Below, one piece after another: positions 58,321-64,000 of a stretch of 64,000 bases of DNA. The position numbers and the translations under genes were made by a program. This DNA is from Thermococcus sp. JdFR-02. Lineage in GTDB: Archaea; Methanobacteriota_B; Thermococci; Thermococcales; Thermococcaceae. The stretch spans positions 96,001 through 160,000 of the forward strand of contig MTLP01000012.1 of assembly GCA_002009975.1 (NCBI GenBank), given 5' to 3'. The notes under the pieces were generated by a model that was given only the letters and a program-made list of their open reading frames with translations, was not told the origin of the DNA and did not search any database. The number at the start of each line of letters is the position of its first letter. The stretch's first letter is position 1.

Positions 58321-59870
58321 TCGAGCATTTACCAGCTTTAGTAATTGCAATTCCCCTCTTCGGAGCATTCATAACACCTCTATTTAGGAAGAGGTATAAC
58401 TTAGCAGCCTTATGGGCAATATTAATCAGTGGATTAACATTGGTCCTCGTCCTCTTACTTGAGTATCAAGTTCTTACAAAGGGAATGATGATTTACGTCT
58501 TTGGTGCAGATAAACCAACGCTAGTGCTTCCTTCTGGATATAGGGTTCCAATAAGAATCATGTTCCAAGTTGATGGAATTGGAGCCTTTATGGCGATAAG
58601 TGCTGGTTTAATGTCATTCGTGGGTGCTGTATATTCCTACAGTCACTTACAAAAAGAGACAGGCTTGGAGAAGTACTACACGCTTTTACTCTTGCTAACA
58701 GCGGGAATACTAGGAATGGTCTTAACAGGAGATCTATTCAACCTATTCGTGTTCCTTGAAATAGCAAGCATAGCTGGATCGGCTTTAGTTGGCTTTAGAA
58801 ACTATAGGGGAGAAGCAAGTGAGGCTGGAATTAAGTATTTAATAGTGAGTTCAGTTGCATCACTAATGGTTCTCTTTGCAGTTGGAATACTCTATGGGCA
58901 ATATGGACACCTAAACTTAGCCTATCTCAGCAAGCAAATAACCTTCAATCCCCTAGACATGATTGCATTGGGATTGCTCTTTACATCATTCGCAATGAAG
59001 TGCGGTTCAGTTCCAATGCACTACTGGGTTCCAGATGCTTATACAGAAGTTCCAAGTGGAATAAACCCACCACTTCTCGTCTCTACATATGCAAGTCTTT
59101 ATGCTCTCTTTAGAGTTAGCTTCACCTTATTTGGAAAAATAACAATAGACATGGCAACAGTTGGATGGATAATGTCAATCCTCGGAGTACTAACAATGTT
59201 TATAGGAGTTACAATGGCACTTGTTCAAAAGGATGTCAAGCGTTTAATGTCCTATCACGCCATTTCACAAACAGGATACATGCTATTGGGTGTGGGTGTT
59301 GGATTGACAGTGTTCCACGACAAACAAGCATTGATTGAGTTTGGAAGAACTGCAATGGCGGGTGGAGTTTTCCACATAATAAATCACATCATCTACAAGA
59401 GTTTACTCCTCTTAACCGCTGGTGCATTGTTCTATGTAACCGGAACAAGAAACTTAAACGAAATGGGTGGCTTAGCAAGGAAGATGCCAATAACGACTAT
59501 AAGCTTCATGGTTGGAGCTGCAGCAATATCTGGAATACCCCCCTTCAATGGATTTGCAAGCAAATTCCTTATCTACGAAGCAGTTTACAAGTTAAACCCA
59601 CTCTTGGCTATATTTGCAATGGTTACGAGTATCTTAACATTGGCTTCATTCGTAAAGGTGTTTGCTTCAGCATTTCTAGGGCCACCTTTAGAGAAATACG
59701 AGAAAGTTAGGGAAGTTCCAAAGCCAATGATAGTTGCAATGGTAATACTAGCAGCATTGTGTGTACTATTCGGTCTGTTCCCAGACTTTGTGCTTGATAA
59801 AATAGTTTACCCAGCAGTTGATGCCCTCATCAACTTTATACAATATCAATCATGGGGTGGTTTAGCATGA
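58317..59870 (+). CDS. mbhH: Mrp-Mbh subunit H (MnhD/NuoN-like ion-translocating subunit)
   Basis: GDLFNLFVFLE, HYWVPDAY, KRLMSYH, GIPPFNGFASK. Confidence 0.92.
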   Translation: MIEHLPALVIAIPLFGAFITPLFRKRYNLAALWAILISGLTLVLVLLLEYQVLTKGMMIYVFGADKPTLVLPSGYRVPIRIMFQVDGIGAFMAISAGLMSFVGAVYSYSHLQKETGLEKYYTLLLLLTAGILGMVLTGDLFNLFVFLEIASIAGSALVGFRNYRGEASEAGIKYLIVSSVASLMVLFAVGILYGQYGHLNLAYLSKQITFNPLDMIALGLLFTSFAMKCGSVPMHYWVPDAYTEVPSGINPPLLVSTYASLYALFRVSFTLFGKITIDMATVGWIMSILGVLTMFIGVTMALVQKDVKRLMSYHAISQTGYMLLGVGVGLTVFHDKQALIEFGRTAMAGGVFHIINHIIYKSLLLLTAGALFYVTGTRNLNEMGGLARKMPITTISFMVGAAAISGIPPFNGFASKFLIYEAVYKLNPLLAIFAMVTSILTLASFVKVFASAFLGPPLEKYEKVREVPKPMIVAMVILAALCVLFGLFPDFVLDKIVYPAVDALINFIQYQSWGGLA

Positions 59871-60208
59871 GCTTTACACTGTTATCTGGCTCAGGATTTT
59901 GGAATCCATTGCTCTGGCTTGCTCTATTAGTTTTCTTTGCCCTCATAGGCTACATAATATACAGCCGCGGAAACCCATCATACAAGCCCAACACAGATCA
60001 AGTTATGCCATTTTTGAGTGGTAACGTGGAACCTTCAAAAGAGAAGGTGCAAGTCAAGGCAGGGGACATATATTGGGGCTTTGTTGAAGCATTGAAAGGA
60101 TACTACAAAGTCCTAACAGCAATACACACTGGAGACATGAGGGATTATATCTTATGGTATTTAGGAGTAGGAAGCATAATTCTATTCCTCCTTGTCGGGG
60201 GTGCGTGA
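59867..60208 (+). CDS. mbhI: Mbh subunit I
   Basis: SGFWNPL, PFLSGN, HTGDMRDY; position between H and J. Confidence 0.85.
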   Translation: MSFTLLSGSGFWNPLLWLALLVFFALIGYIIYSRGNPSYKPNTDQVMPFLSGNVEPSKEKVQVKAGDIYWGFVEALKGYYKVLTAIHTGDMRDYILWYLGVGSIILFLLVGGA

Positions 60209-60209
60209 G

Positions 60210-60656
60210 ATGGGAAAATTAGATAATTTCAAGCGCTCACTATGGGTCTTCCATGCATCAGGTGGTTCATGTAACGCATGTGATATTGAAATTGTAGCCG
60301 CTTTAACCCCAAGATATGACGTAGAGAGATTTGGAATAAAGCTAGTTGGATCACCAAGACATGCAGATGTATTGCTTGTAACAGGAGCAATACCAAGAGA
60401 TTTTGCCGACAAATTAAGGCGCGTATATGAACAAATGCCAGAACCAAAAGCAGTTGTTGTAGTAGGCAACTGTGGAACTTCAGGAGGAGTCTTTTATGAC
60501 TCTTACAACATTGCAGGGCCAATTGATGAGATAATTCCAGTTGATGTCTACGTTCCAGGTTGTCCACCAAGACCAGAGGCAATTATAGATGCGGTAGTAA
60601 AGGCTTGGCTTAAGGTAGAGAAGCTTGAGAAGAAACTGGAGGGGAAGGAAGAATGA
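60210..60656 (+). CDS. mbhJ: Mbh small subunit J (NuoB-like)
   Basis: SCNACDIE, SPRHAD, GNCG, PGCPPRP. Confidence 0.93.
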   Translation: MGKLDNFKRSLWVFHASGGSCNACDIEIVAALTPRYDVERFGIKLVGSPRHADVLLVTGAIPRDFADKLRRVYEQMPEPKAVVVVGNCGTSGGVFYDSYNIAGPIDEIIPVDVYVPGCPPRPEAIIDAVVKAWLKVEKLEKKLEGKEE

Positions 60657-61219
60657 GCGAAGTTTTAAATGTCGAGCAAGTTCTTGAAAAGCTCAAAAAT
60701 ACTCTAGGAGATGCCATGCTTAGCTATGAGATTAGGGAATATACAATGGGAGTTAAAAGGCAAAGAAAGCTCTATGAAATATGGGCAGAAATAGACAAAG
60801 ATGCATTCAGAAAAGCTGTTGAGACAATTTTTGCCATTGATTACCCACATTTACACTTTATAACTGGAGAAGACACTGGTGGAGAAGTAATAAAGATGAT
60901 ATACTCATTTGGAATTTTCCACACACGTCCTTGGGGTGAAATAAGCATAACACTGAAGTTTGATCTTCCTAAGAGCAACCTTATACTTCCAACTATAACT
61001 GATCTCATGATGGGTGCTGAAACAAACGAGAGAGAAATCAGGGAAATGCTTGGAGTAGAATTCGATGGCTTAAAGAACAAGAGACATCTGTTCTTACCAG
61101 ATGATTGGCCAGAAGGCAAATATCCATGGAGGAGAGATGAATATGGAGTTGAAGATATGATTAAACACACCCACAAAAGCGTTAAGGAAATAAGGAAGGA
61201 GCGTGGTGAAAGTGGCTAA
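60653..61219 (+). CDS. mbhK: Mbh subunit K (NuoC-like)
   Basis: LPTITD, EREIREMLGVEF.G, LPDDWPEG.YPWR. Confidence 0.9.
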   Translation: MSEVLNVEQVLEKLKNTLGDAMLSYEIREYTMGVKRQRKLYEIWAEIDKDAFRKAVETIFAIDYPHLHFITGEDTGGEVIKMIYSFGIFHTRPWGEISITLKFDLPKSNLILPTITDLMMGAETNEREIREMLGVEFDGLKNKRHLFLPDDWPEGKYPWRRDEYGVEDMIKHTHKSVKEIRKERGESG

Positions 61220-62438
61220 AAGCACCTATTATATCCCTGTTGGTCCAATTCATCCAGCTTTAAAGGAGCCTATTAGAGTAGAAGCAGAAGTAGAGGGTGA
61301 GAAAATAGTAAAAGTTGATGTTAAGAGAGGTTTTGCTCACAGAGGAATAGAGTACATGGGCATGAAGAGGAATGCAATACAAACCCTCTACCTTTCAGAG
61401 AGAATCTGTGGAATATGTTCAATCTCTCACCCCTATGCCTTTGTAATAACAGCAGAAAAAGCTTTGGGAATTGAGGCTCCTCCAAGGGCTCAATATATTA
61501 GAACAATAATAGCAGAGCTTGAAAGAATTCACAGTCACATACTTTGGTTAGGGGTTATCGCTCACGAAATGGGTTTTGACACTCTGTTATTCTGGACATG
61601 GAAGGGAAGAGAGAAAGTTCTAGACTTACTCGAGTTCATAACAGGAAACAGAATAAACTATTCAATGTACATGATTGGGGGAGCTAGGAGGGACCTAAAA
61701 GAAAAGCACATTAGAGCAATAAAAGACGCTATAGACTATTATTGGAAGTTTACAGAACACATGAAAGAGATATTCCTCTCAGATCCAGTATATAAAGCGA
61801 GAACAAGAAATGTTGCAAAGGTTTCAAAGGATATTGCATTAAAGCTTAACCTTGTCGGACCAATTGCAAGGGCGGCTGGAATTAGAATGGATGTTAGACA
61901 GGATATGCCCTATGATGCCTATGCTGACATAGATGTCAGAGCAGTAGTTCCTCAGGATATAGTGGGAGAAGTGTATGGAGATGCTTATGACGTTACAATG
62001 GTTAGAATTTACGAGATAGAGCAAAGTTTGGACATAATTGAATACTGTGTTGACAATTTACCTGAAGGGAAAATCCTTGCAATTCCAAACTACGTAGCGC
62101 TTTTAGCTAAGATTAGAAGAACGAAGGGTGAAGCCATTGGTGCTCATGAAGCTCCAAGAGGAGAAGTAATTCACTACCTAAAATTTGACGGTAGAGACGG
62201 TCCAAGCGTTTGGAAGGTCATTGCTCCAAGCTACAATAACATAAACTCATGGGGACCATTGCTGATTGGCGCTGAAGTTGCTGATATTCCAATAGTAGTT
62301 GCTTACATTGACCCATGTATGTGTTGTAACGACAGAGTTGCAGTGGTTAAAACAAAGGATGGAAATGAACTTGGATATACTGAAATAAGAAAGAAATGTC
62401 TTGAAAAAACAGAAAAGATTAGGAGGGAGTTAAAATGA
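61212..62438 (+). CDS. mbhL: Mbh [NiFe] catalytic large subunit L
   Basis: GPIHP, ERICGICS (L1) and DPCMCCNDR (L2), so all four Ni ligands present, plus C-terminal extension. Confidence 0.93.
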   Translation: MAKSTYYIPVGPIHPALKEPIRVEAEVEGEKIVKVDVKRGFAHRGIEYMGMKRNAIQTLYLSERICGICSISHPYAFVITAEKALGIEAPPRAQYIRTIIAELERIHSHILWLGVIAHEMGFDTLLFWTWKGREKVLDLLEFITGNRINYSMYMIGGARRDLKEKHIRAIKDAIDYYWKFTEHMKEIFLSDPVYKARTRNVAKVSKDIALKLNLVGPIARAAGIRMDVRQDMPYDAYADIDVRAVVPQDIVGEVYGDAYDVTMVRIYEIEQSLDIIEYCVDNLPEGKILAIPNYVALLAKIRRTKGEAIGAHEAPRGEVIHYLKFDGRDGPSVWKVIAPSYNNINSWGPLLIGAEVADIPIVVAYIDPCMCCNDRVAVVKTKDGNELGYTEIRKKCLEKTEKIRRELK

Positions 62439-63400
62439 CTCCCGAGACAATATTTTATAGCGTTGCTTTTCCACTATTGGGAGTTTTCCTTGGACTTGTC
62501 TATAAGGGTATTGATAGGAGAATTTCCGCAAGGCTGACCTCAAGAATTGGTCCACCAATAAGACAGCCATTCTGGGATGTTGGAAAGCTTTTGCTCAAAG
62601 AAACCATAGTACCAAAAAATGCTATAGCTTGGCTCTTCAATGCAATGCCAATTTTGGCTTTTGCATCTTCACTAACCTTGCTCCTTTACATACCATTTGG
62701 TGTCTTAAAAGCTCCATTAGAGGGTTATGGAGACTTGGTAGTTATCCTATACTTACTGACCCTTCAATCATTGGCAATGGCAATTGGAGGTTTTGCCTCT
62801 GGAAGTCCATTTTCATCAGTTGGTGCTCAAAGAGAAATGGTTTTAATGATGAGCTATGAAATGCCCCTAGCCACTGTAATAGTTGGATTTGCCCTAATTT
62901 ACAGAAGCTTTTCACTAACGACGATTGCATCAACACCAGTTTGGAGCATTGTAAGCCCATTAGCAGCATTTGGTGTATTGTTGCTCTTTGTTGCTCTATT
63001 GACTGTAACACCAGCAGAACTCGCTAAGCTTCCTTTTGACATTGCAGAGGCTGAAACCGAAATAGCAGAAGGTATGCTCGCAGAGTACAGTGGAAGAAAC
63101 TTGGCTTTATTTTACCTCTCAGATGCGGTTAGAGGATTTGCAATGGCTGCAATAGAGGTTGTATTGTTCTTCCCATTCACACTAAGCTCAATCTTGGGGT
63201 TGAGCTTAACAGGGTTTGCTTTGTATGCAGTGGAAGCCTTATGGTTCCTGCTTAAGGTACTCATAATCTATCTACTTGCAGTGACTTTAGTGAGAACTTC
63301 ATTCGGGAGATTCAAGATAGATCAGGCTTCAAGGATATTCTGGGTGCATGTGAACCTAGTGGCTTTGCTTGGATTGGCATTGATCTGGGTGGGGGTGTGA
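62435..63400 (+). CDS. mbhM: Mbh subunit M (NuoH-like)
   Basis: RIGPPI.QP..D..KLL.KE, PFDIAEAETE...G..AEYSG. Confidence 0.92.
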   Translation: MTPETIFYSVAFPLLGVFLGLVYKGIDRRISARLTSRIGPPIRQPFWDVGKLLLKETIVPKNAIAWLFNAMPILAFASSLTLLLYIPFGVLKAPLEGYGDLVVILYLLTLQSLAMAIGGFASGSPFSSVGAQREMVLMMSYEMPLATVIVGFALIYRSFSLTTIASTPVWSIVSPLAAFGVLLLFVALLTVTPAELAKLPFDIAEAETEIAEGMLAEYSGRNLALFYLSDAVRGFAMAAIEVVLFFPFTLSSILGLSLTGFALYAVEALWFLLKVLIIYLLAVTLVRTSFGRFKIDQASRIFWVHVNLVALLGLALIWVGV

Positions 63401-63403
63401 AAA

Positions 63404-63862
63404 ATGCCAACTAAAGTAATGTTTTTAATCTTAAAGCAGCTCCTCGAAAAGCCTTTCACAAATCCTTTCCCAGTTAAGCACGCTCCTAAAAATGTCACCG
63501 AGCTAATCGAGAAGGTTCAAAAGGGTGAAGTACAGATAAATCCACCTGTTCCTGTTCCAGAAGGATTTAGGGGTAAACTCCACTATGATCCCGAGCGCTG
63601 TATTGGATGTAGGCTTTGTATAATGGTGTGTCCAGCAGATGCAATGGAGTGGGTTCCAGAGCTTAAGAAAATTAGGCATTACGTTTCACGCTGTATGTTC
63701 TGTGCCCTCTGTGTTGACGTATGTCCAGGTAAGAAGTTCCCAGGAGAAGAAAAAGCAGTTAAAGCATTAAGCATGAGTGAAGAGTTCCTCTTAGCAGATT
63801 ACGACAAGTACAGTGATAATTTAATCGAAGAGCCACCTGAAGCTAAGGAAAAAGGTATCTAG
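63404..63862 (+). CDS. mbhN: Mbh subunit N (NuoI-like, 2x[4Fe-4S])
   Basis: GFRGK, CIGCRLC..VCP, CMFCALCVDVCP. Confidence 0.92.
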   Translation: MPTKVMFLILKQLLEKPFTNPFPVKHAPKNVTELIEKVQKGEVQINPPVPVPEGFRGKLHYDPERCIGCRLCIMVCPADAMEWVPELKKIRHYVSRCMFCALCVDVCPGKKFPGEEKAVKALSMSEEFLLADYDKYSDNLIEEPPEAKEKGI

Positions 63863-63863
63863 C

Positions 63864-63880
63864 TTTACCTCTTCTTTTTA
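63864..63880 (+). terminator. Archaeal oligo-T terminator candidate of the mbh operon
   Basis: tttacctcttcttttta directly after the mbhN stop. Confidence 0.5.
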
Positions 63881-63885
63881 TACTT

Positions 63886-64000
63886 CTATCTTACAATCCA
63901 AATTGTCCAAACCATTAAGATGTAAGTTATTATTCCCAGAGCTATGTGAATTTTTATCCATGATTCTTTATTCTTCTTTGAGAGATAGATAAAAGCTCCG
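63886..64000 (-). CDS. 3' end of a small membrane protein (partial)
   Basis: Open minus frame ...GAFIYLSKKNKESWIKIHIALGIITYILMVWTIWIVR*. Confidence 0.6.
   Translation of the reverse strand, partial: GAFIYLSKKNKESWIKIHIALGIITYILMVWTIWIVR

Noticed and set aside
257-63011. Many 60-140 aa ORFs in the track (e.g. 257-511, 634-987, 4635-5045, 25857-26264, 50427-50747, 60841-61176)
   Set aside because: Antisense or off-frame shadows of well-supported genes, with no RBS or recognisable motifs
55849-63862. Mbx/Mbs sulfane reductase identity for the operon
   Set aside because: Single H subunit, an I subunit, J-K-L-M-N order and two intact CxxC motifs in L indicate a true [NiFe] Mbh
1-64000. CRISPR array or cas genes
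   Set aside because: No regularly spaced direct repeats and no Cas-like ORFs seen

Overview
AT-rich archaeal chromosomal window, very probably Thermococcales (GGTGA-type RBSs, TATA promoters, Mrp-Mbh hydrogenase, SurR-type boxes). It contains an ABC (MacB/FtsX-type) exporter operon and an RND/MMPL exporter operon, each paired with a COG1361-like Ig-repeat surface protein. A class I fumarate hydratase alpha/beta pair is split by a ~200-bp IS200/IS605-type non-autonomous element, and the alpha gene apparently starts at ATT. Also present: an unannotated-looking C/D box sRNA, tRNA-Ala(CGC), carS, SAMP/ubaA/moaE, glnA, a ~12-kb glycosylation cluster with a WbpABED+WecB-type diacetamido-uronic acid pathway, tRNA-modification genes (ttuA, mtaB), a four-paralog DUF2178-like array with an XRE regulator and tandem operators, and an fdhD-fdh-FeS-FeS-mobA cluster divergent from a complete 14-gene Mrp-Mbh operon. 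No CRISPR array, integrase or intact transposase was seen. All product calls come from motif recognition by eye, not database searches.
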